64,000 bases of DNA from an uncultured Candidatus Saccharibacteria bacterium (GTDB lineage: Bacteria; Patescibacteriota; Saccharimonadia; Saccharimonadales; Saccharimonadaceae): positions 1,571-65,570 of the forward strand of contig CARSRA010000002.1 in NCBI GenBank assembly GCA_949063825.1, in the 5' to 3' direction. Position numbers and translations under genes: made by a program. The notes beneath the pieces were generated by a model that was not told the DNA's origin, ran no database searches, and worked only from the letters and a program-made list of their open reading frames with translations. The stretch's first letter is position 1, and each line of letters starts with the position of its first letter. This document shows, piece by piece, positions 9,212-20,140 of the stretch.

Positions 9212-10645
9212 ATGAAAACTGCGAGTAAGGATTTAACGGCGGTTAGTTTGGTAAAAGAAGCGCTGGAGAAAGCGCACCATTATCAGCCAGATTATCATGT
9301 TTTCAATTGGATTAACGACGCCGCTATTCAGCGAGCGGAGGAGATTGACCGTCGAATTGCCGCTGGCGAGGATGTCGGTAGGCTGGCCGGTGTGCCATAT
9401 GCGGTGAAGGACAATTTTTTGACCAATGAGGGCGATACGACGGCTTCGGCACGAATTCTAGAAGGCTTTGAAAGTCCAGTCACGGCTACGGCAGTCAAGA
9501 AACTTGAAGCCGAGGGTGCGATCATGATCGGTCGCACGAATCTCGATGCTTTTGCTCACGGATCAAGCACCGAGAACAGTTATTTTGGGCCAACTAAAAA
9601 TTCGCGCGATCTTGAGCGGGTTGCAGGTGGTAGTTCAGGTGGCTCAGCGGTGGCAGTAGCGCTAGGGATCGTGCCGTTCACGACTGGTACAGATACAGGT
9701 GGAAGTATTCGCCAACCAGCCAGTTTCAATGGCGTTTTTGGATTTAAACCGACTTATGGTGCGATCAGTCGGTATGGGGTCGTAGCAATGACCTCCAGTT
9801 TAGACTGCGTAGGCTTTTTTGCTCAAGATGCGGCTGATATTGACTTACTGATGCGAATTTGTGCTGGGCAAGATCCGTATGATCTCACGAGTCTACCTGA
9901 TTATTATGGTAAAGAGCAGGTTTTCGATGACCCGGTGAAGAAGATTGGCGCAGTAAAGGATTTTGACAGCGAAGCAATTGCCCCAGAGATTCGTGCAGTC
10001 CTTAAACAAGCAATTGAAGAGCTGCGCGAAAATGGTCATGAAGTAATCGAGCTAGAAATGCCAGCCTTGAAATATGCGCTAGCGGCGTATTATATTATCA
10101 CGCCAGCTGAGATCGCCAGTAACCTTAGTCGTCATGATGGCATCCGTTACGGTTTCCGTAGTGAAAATAGTACAGGGCTTACGGAATTATACCGAAACAC
10201 CCGTGGCGAAGGCTTTATGCCGGAGAATAAGCGTCGGATTATGGTTGGTAACTTTGTGCTAAGTAGTGGATTTTATGATGCGTATTACCTAAAGGCGGCA
10301 AAAGCTCGTACGGTATTGATCCGTGAATTTGAAAAAGCTTTTGAAAAATGTGATTTCTTATTAATGCCAGTGAGTCCGAATCCAGCTTTCAAGCTTGGTG
10401 AGAAAGTTAATGATCCAGTAGCGATGTACTTGGAAGATGTTTTGTCGGTACCTCTGAATTTAGCGGGATTGCCAGGTATTAGCGTACCAGTCGGCGAGAC
10501 TGATGCTGGCTTGCCGGTTGGTCTACAGCTAGCGGGGCCGCGCCGTAGTGATCGTGAACTCCTGCGCTTTGCTGGAGAGATGCATAAAAATAGTGCCGCT
10601 GGTAGTACTGAGCGTCACGTTGATATTATGGGAGGAAAAGATTGA
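9212..10645 (+). CDS. gatA: Asp/Glu-tRNA amidotransferase subunit A
   Basis: Amidase signature GGSSGGSAVAVA, GTDTGGSIRQPAS, GFKPTYG. Confidence 0.97.
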   Translation: MKTASKDLTAVSLVKEALEKAHHYQPDYHVFNWINDAAIQRAEEIDRRIAAGEDVGRLAGVPYAVKDNFLTNEGDTTASARILEGFESPVTATAVKKLEAEGAIMIGRTNLDAFAHGSSTENSYFGPTKNSRDLERVAGGSSGGSAVAVALGIVPFTTGTDTGGSIRQPASFNGVFGFKPTYGAISRYGVVAMTSSLDCVGFFAQDAADIDLLMRICAGQDPYDLTSLPDYYGKEQVFDDPVKKIGAVKDFDSEAIAPEIRAVLKQAIEELRENGHEVIELEMPALKYALAAYYIITPAEIASNLSRHDGIRYGFRSENSTGLTELYRNTRGEGFMPENKRRIMVGNFVLSSGFYDAYYLKAAKARTVLIREFEKAFEKCDFLLMPVSPNPAFKLGEKVNDPVAMYLEDVLSVPLNLAGLPGISVPVGETDAGLPVGLQLAGPRRSDRELLRFAGEMHKNSAAGSTERHVDIMGGKD

Positions 10646-11061
10646 TGCCATCTGCTGTATTTCTAGTTATCGCAATTATTGCAGTAGGGTTGCTCGCCCT
10701 GATCGCGATCGTGTTAAAGGGGAATAGTCGACATAGCTTCGATAAGGAGGAATATCAGACTCGTTGGCTAAAGATTGAAAATGGTCTGCAGAAGTCCGAT
10801 CCTAACAGCTATGCTATTGCGGTGATGAACGGCGATAAGCTGCTTGATAAAGCGATGATTGAAATGGGGGTCGGGGGAAAGACGATGGGCGAACGCCTCA
10901 AGAGGGTAGATGGTCGTCTGTCGGATATTAATAAAGTTTGGTATGCGCATAAGATTCGTAATCAGATTGCACATGAGCCGGATTTTTTGCTTGAATACAC
11001 GACGGCAAATCGCGCATTAGCTAGTTTTAAGCAGGCATTAAAGGATTTAGGAGCGATTTAA
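10645..11061 (+). CDS. Hypothetical membrane-anchored protein inside gat operon
   Basis: N-terminal hydrophobic helix; start and stop overlap gatA and gatB; RNQIAHE motif. Confidence 0.75.
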   Translation: MPSAVFLVIAIIAVGLLALIAIVLKGNSRHSFDKEEYQTRWLKIENGLQKSDPNSYAIAVMNGDKLLDKAMIEMGVGGKTMGERLKRVDGRLSDINKVWYAHKIRNQIAHEPDFLLEYTTANRALASFKQALKDLGAI

Positions 11062-12536
11062 TGGGTCAACCTTCTATTGTATCACAGATTAGCGAAATTG
11101 TCAATAGTGAAAGCGGAAAATCATACTTGCCAACGATTGGTATTGAATGTCACGTGCAACTTTCAACGAAGACGAAGTTATTTTCAGAGGTAGATAATGA
11201 TGCGCGTGGTAAAGCGCCCAATTCTTGTGTTTCACCAGTTGATTATGGTCTGCCTGGCATGCTGCCAAGGTTAAATAAAAAAGCCGTAAATTATGCCATG
11301 AGGGCAGGATTGGCACTGAACTCCGAGATCAATCTCGAGTCGCGTTTTGATCGCAAACATTATTTTTATCCAGATTTACCTAAGGGATATCAGATCACAC
11401 AGTTATTCCATCCGATTATCGGGGCCGGATCGGTAGAATTGCCGGATGGGACTAAGATTCGAATTGAGCACGCACATCTCGAGGAGGATGCTGGCAAGTC
11501 GACGCATGAAAGTGATTATAGTTTGATTGATTTGAATCGTGCCGGGACGCCGTTGGTGGAGATTGTTTCTATGCCGGATATTCATTCTGCAGCGCATGCG
11601 CGAGATTATACGAAGGAACTTTGGCGTCTGATGACTTACGCTGGGGTGACGTTTGGTGATCTTTATAATGGCAATATGCGCTTTGATGTGAATATTAGTG
11701 TAGCTGAAGAGGGTAGTGCGGAGCTCGGCACTAAAACTGAGGTGAAAAATCTGAACTCTTTTCGGAGTGTTGAACGGGTAGTCGAATACGAAATTCAGCG
11801 TCAAATTAAATTGCTTGAAGGTGGAGAGGCAATTCGTCAGGAGACGCGAGGATGGAATGATGCCACTGGTGAGACTACCGGACAACGCACCAAGGAGGGC
11901 GCAGCAGATTATCGTTATATGCCCGAGCCAGATTTACCGCCGATTCGCTTATCGACTGAGGTAGTAGAGGCTGAGCGAATGAAGTTGCCAAAGATGCCAG
12001 CCTGGTATCGTGACCAGTTTAATAGAGTGATTGGTGCTGAAAACGTGGAAATCTTGCTTGATTATCGTCCGTTGATGGAAAAACTGGCTGAACTTGGGGA
12101 TGAAGCAGCCGTAAAGAAGGTGGCGAATTTATTTGCTTCGGTACTACTGGCAGAGGAGAATGCTAGCTTGCTGAATGATGAATTACCGACGCGCGAGCAG
12201 CTGCTGAAGCTAGTAGAAATGTTGGGGAATAATCAACTTTCAAGTACTGGCGCCAAAGAGGTCTTTTTGAAGTTCTTTGATCCAGAGATGCACTATAAGG
12301 ACACTGAGACGATTGCAAAAGAGCTTGGCGTAGTACAAGAGAATGATCTTAATGCACTTGAAGCGATTGTTGGTAGTGTGCTTGCAAAACCAGAAACCAA
12401 GAAGGCTCAGGATGATTATCGCGCTGGGCAGGAAAAAGTATTAGGGTTCCTAGTCGGGCAAGTCATGAAAGAGTCGCGAGGCAAGGCTAACCCTTCGAGT
12501 GTACAAGAGATTCTGAAAAAGAAGCTAGGATCATAG
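11061..12536 (+). CDS. gatB: Asp/Glu-tRNA amidotransferase subunit B
   Basis: IGIECHVQL, FDRKHYFYPDLPKGYQITQ, DLNRAGTPLVEIV, DYRYMPEPDLPP. Confidence 0.98.
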   Translation: MGQPSIVSQISEIVNSESGKSYLPTIGIECHVQLSTKTKLFSEVDNDARGKAPNSCVSPVDYGLPGMLPRLNKKAVNYAMRAGLALNSEINLESRFDRKHYFYPDLPKGYQITQLFHPIIGAGSVELPDGTKIRIEHAHLEEDAGKSTHESDYSLIDLNRAGTPLVEIVSMPDIHSAAHARDYTKELWRLMTYAGVTFGDLYNGNMRFDVNISVAEEGSAELGTKTEVKNLNSFRSVERVVEYEIQRQIKLLEGGEAIRQETRGWNDATGETTGQRTKEGAADYRYMPEPDLPPIRLSTEVVEAERMKLPKMPAWYRDQFNRVIGAENVEILLDYRPLMEKLAELGDEAAVKKVANLFASVLLAEENASLLNDELPTREQLLKLVEMLGNNQLSSTGAKEVFLKFFDPEMHYKDTETIAKELGVVQENDLNALEAIVGSVLAKPETKKAQDDYRAGQEKVLGFLVGQVMKESRGKANPSSVQEILKKKLGS

Positions 12537-12537
12537 C

Positions 12538-14268
12538 TTGCAGGCAGCCAAAGAATTACAGGAATGGTTTGCTAAACATGTAACTCTAGATGGTAAACCA
12601 TATACTTTGGACCGAGACCAGGCCGCCGCGGTGCTCGACCGCCACCGGAATACTTTGGTGACGGCTCGGGCTGGTTCGGGGAAGACACGGGTAATTGTTG
12701 CAAAGACGGCTTATCTAGTGGCGGTCGAGCAGATCTCGCTCGGCGAGATCGCGATTTTCATGTTCAATCGCACCGCGGCGGCCGAGGTCAATGAACGTAT
12801 TGCCTGCGTAAAAGTCGATGGTCGGACTCTGCCGGAAATTTCAGGTGATTTAGCAAGGAACGCTAATAAAAGTAATGATAAAGGTAGTTCACCTCAAACT
12901 ACGATACCTCGAGTCGCTTCAACCTTTCATAAATTTGCGCTTGATGTTGTTAGAATGACGGGTCTGAAGCCGGAAATTATTGATGAATCTACACATGACC
13001 AGCTAGTACGATCCGAGCTAAAGAAATCTATAATCAAGACACGTCAAAAACTTTCCCCTGCTGATTACGGAGATATTTTAAAACTGACAAATAGTTTTAT
13101 TACGCGGGCTGGGCAGAAATTTTGTGGCGAAGAGGGAATCGTGCGCCTAGGCAACGAAATTGAAATGTATGTGGCACGTCATAGTGAAGATCCGACTTAC
13201 CATAAAGCCTTACGAATTCATCAACTGGCTTTTATGACGTATCTTGGCTATCTCGATCAGCTTCGGTTGCCGAAAATTGACTTTAATCTGCTTATGCAAA
13301 AGGCGACTGAGTTTTTGGAGGCGGCCGCTTCAGGGCAAATTTTCCCAGAAATTCGACAAAAATTTCGTAATCTGCGTTATCTAATGGTAGATGAGTATCA
13401 GGATTTTTCATATTTGTTTTATGCGATCATCCGCGCGCTTCGGATGATTTGCTGCTCCGCGCATCTTTTTGCAGTCGGTGATGATTGGCAGGCGATCAAT
13501 CGTTTTGCCGGTTCGGATGTGGACTACTTTTTGAATTTTGAAAAATATTTCTCGGAAGATTATCAAAATATTCCGCTGCTCACGAATTATCGTAGTGATC
13601 GATCAATCGTTGAGAATGCTAATGATTATATGTTAAAAGAATACTGTCCCGAGGCGGAGCGTGCGATACCGTTTAGTCGTAAAAACGGTAAGATTCATCG
13701 CGAAAAATTGACAAAAGTTAAATTCGACCGAATGGATATCTTGGAGGATGGATTAGGCGATGGGCGTTACCAAACAATTTTGATCGATCAGATTCAAAAA
13801 GCCAAAAAGATGGCGGATCTTGGCGAAAATCCTACCAAAACACTTCTTCCTGCGGCAAGAATGCTTAAAAAATGTGCAACGATAGTCCGACGCAATCGAG
13901 GTAAAACCATCATGTTGTTACATCGACATAATTTCACTAGTACAGCCGGCGTTGATTTAACGGTTTTTGAGCATGCCCTGAAGCATGTGCTTGAAAAAGA
14001 TGCAGTTTTAACGTTACAAGATTTTGCAAAGAGAATTCGTATTATGACGATGCACAAATCTAAGGGCCTCGAGGCGGACGTAGTAATTCTGCTTGAGCTG
14101 GATCAGGCACAGGTTCTAGCGAGCCATCCCTTTGCAACTATGTTTGAGGTTTTTGATGATAATCTTGAAACCGAAAAAGCTGACCAGCATCGATTGATCT
14201 ATGTGGCGTTGACGAGAGCAAAACATAAATTATATATGCTGACGAATGATCAAACTTTCCTGGCCTAA
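12538..14268 (+). CDS. UvrD/REP-family SF1 DNA helicase (helicase IV-like)
   Basis: ARAGSGKT, VDEYQD, VGDDWQAINRFAGS, NYRS, TMHKSKGLE, YVALTRAK. Confidence 0.92.
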   Translation: MQAAKELQEWFAKHVTLDGKPYTLDRDQAAAVLDRHRNTLVTARAGSGKTRVIVAKTAYLVAVEQISLGEIAIFMFNRTAAAEVNERIACVKVDGRTLPEISGDLARNANKSNDKGSSPQTTIPRVASTFHKFALDVVRMTGLKPEIIDESTHDQLVRSELKKSIIKTRQKLSPADYGDILKLTNSFITRAGQKFCGEEGIVRLGNEIEMYVARHSEDPTYHKALRIHQLAFMTYLGYLDQLRLPKIDFNLLMQKATEFLEAAASGQIFPEIRQKFRNLRYLMVDEYQDFSYLFYAIIRALRMICCSAHLFAVGDDWQAINRFAGSDVDYFLNFEKYFSEDYQNIPLLTNYRSDRSIVENANDYMLKEYCPEAERAIPFSRKNGKIHREKLTKVKFDRMDILEDGLGDGRYQTILIDQIQKAKKMADLGENPTKTLLPAARMLKKCATIVRRNRGKTIMLLHRHNFTSTAGVDLTVFEHALKHVLEKDAVLTLQDFAKRIRIMTMHKSKGLEADVVILLELDQAQVLASHPFATMFEVFDDNLETEKADQHRLIYVALTRAKHKLYMLTNDQTFLA

Positions 14269-14272
14269 ATTT

Positions 14273-17086
14273 TCAGTGACTATAATCACTTATGCGTCTA
14301 TCTGCGCGTTCGCGTAGGGTCTTTGGTTCGCGATGATCAATCAGTTGTATCAGCTCTGCCAGCAAATTCCCTGATTGCAGTATCATCCCGGCATCTTTCT
14401 TGTTTTCCTCTTTGTATGCGTGCTGTAATTTTGCTACCTGTGTCAGCTCGCGCCTTGCTAACCTCCAGTAATGATCCTGAAGTGCTTTTTCGTCGTCTAG
14501 CTTGATATTTTTAAACCCTTCCCAGAAACGTTCGAAGTCTTGTGGATGGAAGTGGTCATAACTTGCGGTTAGCTCCTGCAGCTTAACGATCTCTTTGAAC
14601 TCGTTGTCATATGGCAGTTCTCTGCGCTCTTTCTCCGAGATGTTTCTGAGTGCGAAAGTTGCTGCGCGTTCCGTGAAACCGATCGCTGCAAGTATACTTG
14701 CATCAAGACCATACTGGTCTTGATGCTCTAGTAACCAGTCATTAGTGTATTTGACTAGCTTTCCGACATTATTCCAATCCGAGTACATCTTGTCACCTCT
14801 CGCATTGGGGTTAAGACGGATTCCGGCGTCTTGCATTAGCTTTTGCCAATTTTTGTCAGCGATATTGGGTATTTCCAAATCATTTAGTTTAGTATTTTCG
14901 GCTAAGCGCCTCAAGACGTCGATTGCTGGGATGTCATAGGCACGTGAAAATCTGAAATCGTCATTCACCTCACCTTTGATTATCTTATTATAGTTATCAA
15001 TATCATAAATACGCTCTTCTAGCTGACCATAGAGCCCATTAGCGGTTGACGAGCATTCTTTAGCGATATCATTTAGTTCCTGCTTAGCTTTCGAAGGACT
15101 TGTAGCCCCGTAGGTATCGTAATAATTGACCATCGCAGTTAGAAGATTATGCGTCATAGGGTCTTCGTAATGGATAAAAGAGTGATTCGGAATTACGATC
15201 CCTTCGACTGCTAGAGCATCGATCCGATTCTGTTCTAGCCGACCCGCATCACTGGTTGGTAATTCGCGACGCTGCATCAGGAGTTGATTGATATTATGTG
15301 GAGTGATCTTGGATGCCAAACAATTAAAATCAAAATCACGAATTTTACTTTCGCCACGTAAAAAGCCAGCTCCACGAGTCCAGCTGCCGAGCGAGGGGTC
15401 GTTTTGGGCAATTCTTGGGAATAAATCCGCCTCAAGATACTCGATGAAATCTGTTTCATAATCGCGATTAAAAGCTAATTTTATTAACTTCTCGTAGAGA
15501 AGATAATTGTCGTTGGGGTCGTCTTCAATGAAGGATAATAGCTCTTCGCTTTGGGCGATATATTGATCGATGCTTTTTTGTGGGGAACTTTGATGATTGG
15601 TATTAGTTAGCATATCAAAATCACGATCCATTATTCCATTGGCTAAAAATGATTTGATCACATTAGGGCGCGACCCGAGGAAAGGGATAATCTTTTCGTT
15701 TGCATCACGAAGTAACTCTTTTCTTGTATTTTGATCGGTATCATATCCTAATAAATGTTTGTAGGTGATTTTCTGTGCGTAAGTGAGTTCATTATTCGCA
15801 GTGATGGTTGGGAGGAGTTCTTTAAGGGCGAATTCTTGTTTTTCTTCTAGTTGTTTGGGTTTATTATCGCGTGATATACTCAGCAAGATTTCTGAACGCG
15901 TCTCGCAGGTTTCGGGGTCGGACAGTAAAGGTAGGACTTGTTCACGAAATTTTGTCGCGTTTTCATCATCTAGTCCAAAATGATAAAAATATGATTCTAA
16001 TGCCGATCTTTGCTCCGGGTGGTCGGGTCCAATTTCTTGAGCCATAGTGGCTAGGCGGAGAGTTCGACGATTATCGTTGTGTCCAACTGCGCGGCAAATG
16101 ATATCTGCCAGATTATCATCTCCAGCTTTGATGCTGTTTTCGGTAATTTTAGCTAAATTTTGGAGTGAATCCGCATCGAGATTGCTTAACGTATATGTGT
16201 CGACTACACCGGATAAAAACGACCGTCTTTTATCGTTGCGACGAGCAATATCATGTTGTTCTTGCATAGCTTGGTTTCTCTCAGAGCGATCTTTTTCATA
16301 GCGATTACGATGTAATTTGTGAAGTATTTTTTCGATTAAATTCTCTCTTGGGATCACCGTTTCTTTTTCTAGGGGCATTTCAGCAAGCGAAATATCGAAA
16401 CAGTGCGAGATTAATTTCAGGTCATCAGGAGTTTTATTGAAGAGTGTGTCTGAGCCTGATACGTTACCTACGACATCATAGATGTGGGCAATTCGATCCA
16501 AATCATCTATGGGCCAAAGAGGTTTTTCTTGGGTGTGGTTTGGCTGGGCGGGAGGGGAACCGGCACGAGCCGATAGATAAGCAGGATGATAACGGACATG
16601 GATCGCTAGACTTTCGGTGAATTCTTGGAAATTGAAGGAGTTTCCGTAACGGCTCTTAAGTTGCTGGAGCTGTGCGAAAGTACCAGGATCGCTGTAATAT
16701 ATACCAGATTCGAAGCGGTTAAGTTTTCTAATCTCGGCGGATGTCAATTTTATTGGTTGAGGCTCTTCCAATCCCGTCTCACTAGCTTCGATTTGCTCTT
16801 TTTGATCTAGTTCGTCGCTGATCCAATCTGTTTTATTTTCATTAGCTTCTGCGGCAAGATCGTCCCAAGTCATGGATGATTGGTTCGGATTCAATTCAGC
16901 CAAGCTGCCCCAATCTGTTTTATTTTCATTAGCTTCTGCGGCAAGATCGTCCCAAGTCATGGATGATTGGTTCGGATTCAATTCAGCCAAGCTGCCCCAA
17001 TCGTTTGCTTCAGTATTGATATTGTTTATCGAGCCCGGAGACTCTTCGCGTTGATTTGAGCCCAGATGTTTAACCATTTCCGTCAT
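14273..17086 (-). CDS. Large hypothetical protein with N-terminal acidic tandem repeat
   Basis: 937-aa ORF; no recognised domain; TATAAT 6 nt upstream of ATG. Confidence 0.8.
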   Translation of the reverse strand: MTEMVKHLGSNQREESPGSINNINTEANDWGSLAELNPNQSSMTWDDLAAEANENKTDWGSLAELNPNQSSMTWDDLAAEANENKTDWISDELDQKEQIEASETGLEEPQPIKLTSAEIRKLNRFESGIYYSDPGTFAQLQQLKSRYGNSFNFQEFTESLAIHVRYHPAYLSARAGSPPAQPNHTQEKPLWPIDDLDRIAHIYDVVGNVSGSDTLFNKTPDDLKLISHCFDISLAEMPLEKETVIPRENLIEKILHKLHRNRYEKDRSERNQAMQEQHDIARRNDKRRSFLSGVVDTYTLSNLDADSLQNLAKITENSIKAGDDNLADIICRAVGHNDNRRTLRLATMAQEIGPDHPEQRSALESYFYHFGLDDENATKFREQVLPLLSDPETCETRSEILLSISRDNKPKQLEEKQEFALKELLPTITANNELTYAQKITYKHLLGYDTDQNTRKELLRDANEKIIPFLGSRPNVIKSFLANGIMDRDFDMLTNTNHQSSPQKSIDQYIAQSEELLSFIEDDPNDNYLLYEKLIKLAFNRDYETDFIEYLEADLFPRIAQNDPSLGSWTRGAGFLRGESKIRDFDFNCLASKITPHNINQLLMQRRELPTSDAGRLEQNRIDALAVEGIVIPNHSFIHYEDPMTHNLLTAMVNYYDTYGATSPSKAKQELNDIAKECSSTANGLYGQLEERIYDIDNYNKIIKGEVNDDFRFSRAYDIPAIDVLRRLAENTKLNDLEIPNIADKNWQKLMQDAGIRLNPNARGDKMYSDWNNVGKLVKYTNDWLLEHQDQYGLDASILAAIGFTERAATFALRNISEKERRELPYDNEFKEIVKLQELTASYDHFHPQDFERFWEGFKNIKLDDEKALQDHYWRLARRELTQVAKLQHAYKEENKKDAGMILQSGNLLAELIQLIDHREPKTLRERADRRISDYSH
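16823..17002 (-). repeat. Perfect 87-bp in-frame tandem duplication (DWGSLAELNPNQSSMTWDDLAAEANENKT x2)
   Basis: Units start at 16823 and 16910 on + strand and are identical. Confidence 0.95.
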
Positions 17087-17100
17087 AGTGCCATTATAGC

Positions 17101-17126
17101 ATGTAAACCCCCTATGTAAACCCCCT
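17101..17126. repeat. 13-bp direct repeat ATGTAAACCCCCT x2 in promoter of the 937-aa gene
   Basis: Seen directly at 17101-17113 and 17114-17126. Confidence 0.9.
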
Positions 17127-17246
17127 ATTAAAATCTTGGATATTATGATAAAATTAGTTGAAATCTATTATGATCTACCAAATCTGCCGTCTAGGTATGG
17201 AGTTATTTGGAGACACAAAGTAAGGAATATATAAGAAGGGAACTAC

Positions 17247-19346
17247 ATGGCAAGTGAAGTCAAAGACCTGAATAAGCTTCGCAATATTGGGATCATTGCC
17301 CATATTGATGCGGGCAAAACTACCACCACCGAGGCGATCCTTTATCGTACCGGTCTAAAGCATAAGATTGATCTCGTCAAAGGTGGTACTGGTGGTGCTA
17401 CTACCGACTGGATGGAGCAAGAGAAGGATCGTGGCATTACGATTACATCTGCGGCGGTGACGGCAGAATGGAAAGGTCACAAGATCAACGTCATTGACAC
17501 TCCGGGTCACATTGACTTTACGGCCGAAGTAGAGCGTAGTTTACGCGTGCTCGATGGCGCAGTCGCCGTATTTGATGGTAAGATGGGTGTAGAGGCGCAG
17601 TCGGAGACGGTTTGGCGTCAAGCAACCAAATATGGTATTCCGCGCATCTGTTTCGTAAATAAAATCAATCAGATTGGTGGCGATTTCTATAAATCGCTTG
17701 ATAGTATCCATAAGCGCCTCAGTCGCAATGCGGTAGCGGTGCACCTGCCGATTGGTTTCGAGAAAGACATTTGTGGTGTTGTCGATTTGATCGATATGAA
17801 GGCTTATACCTATAAGGATTACGCTGATCATGAATTGACTGTTGGCGAAATTCCGGCTGATATGCTTGAGAAGGCTAAAAATGCCCGTTCAATGCTAGTA
17901 GAAGAAGCGGTCCAGGCCGATGAAACTCTGATGGAGAAATTCTTTAACCAAGGAGAGGACGCTATCTCCGAGGTAGAGCTTAAGGCGGCATTACGTAAGC
18001 GTGTGCTCGAAGGTGATTTCTTCCTCGTCACTGGTGGCGATGGTCGCGGTGTAATCGTAGAAAAAGTGCTTGATCTCATTACTGATTTCTTGCCGAGTCC
18101 GCTTGACCGCGATCAGGGCAAGACTGTTGGCATTAACCCAAAGACCGGCGATCAAGAGATTCGCGAGGCTAAAGATTCCGAACCACTAACTGCGCTTGCC
18201 TTTAAGATTGCGACCGATCCATTTGTTGGTAAGCTGATCTTTATTCGTGTTTACGCTGGCGTGATGAAGACTAGTAGTACTATTTTGAATGCTACTACGG
18301 GCGACAAGGAACGCGTAGGCCGTATCGTGCGTATGTTTGCTGATAAGCGCGAAGAAATTTCGGAGATTACCGCTGGTGATATTGCTGCGGTGGTTGGTTT
18401 GAAAGACACGACAACTGGTACTACGATTTGTGATCCAGCACATCCGATCCATCTTGAGAGCATTGAATTCCCGGACCCACCTGTAAGTATTGCTGTAGAA
18501 CCAAAAGCAAAAAGTGATCAGGAAAAAATGGCTCTCGGTTTGCAAAAGCTCGTCGAAGAGGATCCAACTCTCCGTGTACATACCGATGAGGAAACTGGTC
18601 AAACCATTATCTCTGGTATGGGCGAGCTTCACCTCGAGATTGCGATCGATCGTCTCCAGAAAGAGCATGGCGTTGAAGCTAATACAGGTGCGCCGCAGGT
18701 AGCTTATCGTGAGACGATTCGGGGCACTGCTGAAGCTCAAGGTAAACATGTCAAGCAGTCCGGTGGTCGCGGTCAATACGGTGATGTATGGATCAAATTT
18801 GAGCCGAATGAGACTGGTAAAGGTTTTGAGTTTATCGATCAGATTAAAGGTGGTGTGGTTCCGCAGGAATATCGTAAGCCGGTTCAGCAAGGTATTGTGG
18901 AAGCCTTGAATGGAGGTGTCATTGCTGGGTACCCAGTAGTTGACGTCAAAGCAACACTTTATGATGGTAGCTACCACGATGTTGACTCAAGCGAGCTAGC
19001 CTTTAAGCTGGCCGGTAGCTTGGCGACTCGTGAGGGAATTAAGAAGGCGCAGCCAGTTTTGCTTGAGCCGGTTATGAAACTCGAAGTCACTACTCCGGAA
19101 GATTTCATGGGTGATGTGATTGGGGATATTAACTCACGCCGAGGTCGAGTTGATAGTATGGAAGATCTGACTGGCGGAGCGAAGCTAATTAAAGCTTTTG
19201 TACCACTAGCGAATCTCTTTGGTTATACTTCGGATCTACGTTCTATGTCGCAGGGTCGCGCAGCTAGCTCGATGGAGCTTTATGGCTATGAGGAGGTACC
19301 GCCAAACGTAGCACAAGAAGTGATTGAAAAGCGAAATACGAAATAG
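17247..19346 (+). CDS. fusA: Elongation factor G
   Basis: [63 protein letters not shown]. Confidence 0.98.
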   Translation: MASEVKDLNKLRNIGIIAHIDAGKTTTTEAILYRTGLKHKIDLVKGGTGGATTDWMEQEKDRGITITSAAVTAEWKGHKINVIDTPGHIDFTAEVERSLRVLDGAVAVFDGKMGVEAQSETVWRQATKYGIPRICFVNKINQIGGDFYKSLDSIHKRLSRNAVAVHLPIGFEKDICGVVDLIDMKAYTYKDYADHELTVGEIPADMLEKAKNARSMLVEEAVQADETLMEKFFNQGEDAISEVELKAALRKRVLEGDFFLVTGGDGRGVIVEKVLDLITDFLPSPLDRDQGKTVGINPKTGDQEIREAKDSEPLTALAFKIATDPFVGKLIFIRVYAGVMKTSSTILNATTGDKERVGRIVRMFADKREEISEITAGDIAAVVGLKDTTTGTTICDPAHPIHLESIEFPDPPVSIAVEPKAKSDQEKMALGLQKLVEEDPTLRVHTDEETGQTIISGMGELHLEIAIDRLQKEHGVEANTGAPQVAYRETIRGTAEAQGKHVKQSGGRGQYGDVWIKFEPNETGKGFEFIDQIKGGVVPQEYRKPVQQGIVEALNGGVIAGYPVVDVKATLYDGSYHDVDSSELAFKLAGSLATREGIKKAQPVLLEPVMKLEVTTPEDFMGDVIGDINSRRGRVDSMEDLTGGAKLIKAFVPLANLFGYTSDLRSMSQGRAASSMELYGYEEVPPNVAQEVIEKRNTK

Positions 19347-19360
19347 CACGCAAAACTAAT

Positions 19361-19389
19361 TAAAAGAGGCTCCAATAGGGCCTCTTTTA
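19361..19389 (+). terminator. Intrinsic terminator after fusA
   Basis: TAAAAGAGGCTC-loop-GGGCCTCTTTTA. Confidence 0.8.
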
Positions 19390-19456
19390 TGATATATCGA
19401 ATAGTGGTAGAAGCTAACGATTTTACAGTAGAGATTTTACGGTATAGAATATAAGT

Positions 19457-20140
19457 ATGACAAGAGTACTAATAATTGAGGATGAGCCGGAAATTCGTCG
19501 GGTCTTAGGTGAAATTTTGGTCGGGGCCGGATATGAGGCTTTGGAAATCGCAAATTTTGAAAATTTAGATCAAATTAGTACTGAAGTCGGTGAATTGCAG
19601 CCGGATTTGATTTTGCTCGATCTTGGTCTTGCGGGACTAAGCGGACTTGAGTTACTACGACGCTTGAGGAGTACTTCAAATATACCGGTGATCATTTTGA
19701 CCGGAAATAGTACTGAGTCGAGCGAACTGCTCGCTATGGGCTACGGTGCGGATGATTTCATCTTGAAACCGTATAAATCCGAAATTTTATTATTGAGAAT
19801 TCGAGCAGTCCTGAGGCGCACTATGGAGGGGGCTCATCAAGATATTTATAATTTTGCGGGTGCTAGGATCGATTTGGCACGTGGGGCAATATCGTTTCAG
19901 AAGCGACGCATACATCTAACAAAGAACGAAATGGTTATTTTGCGACAATTATTGGAAGAGCGTGGCGGGATCGTCTCACGTGAGACTTTAATGACTGAAC
20001 TTTGGAATAATCAAGAATATATTAATGATAATGCGCTCACTGTGAACGTTAGTCGTTTACGTACGAAGCTGGAAAAACTGATTGGCAGAAATGTTATTGA
20101 GACTCATAAAGGCCTTGGCTATAGCTTAGTGGGGGATTAG
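19457..20140 (+). CDS. OmpR-family response regulator (BceR/GraR-like)
   Basis: LIIEDE, DLILLDLGL, GADDFILKPY, LTVNVSRLRTKL, IETHKGLGY. Confidence 0.93.
   Translation: MTRVLIIEDEPEIRRVLGEILVGAGYEALEIANFENLDQISTEVGELQPDLILLDLGLAGLSGLELLRRLRSTSNIPVIILTGNSTESSELLAMGYGADDFILKPYKSEILLLRIRAVLRRTMEGAHQDIYNFAGARIDLARGAISFQKRRIHLTKNEMVILRQLLEERGGIVSRETLMTELWNNQEYINDNALTVNVSRLRTKLEKLIGRNVIETHKGLGYSLVGD

Noticed and set aside
18186..18977. 263-aa antisense ORF within fusA, and similar antisense ORFs within rpoBC, gatB and nrdD
   Set aside because: Fully overlap conserved genes on the opposite strand; expected shadow ORFs from codon bias.
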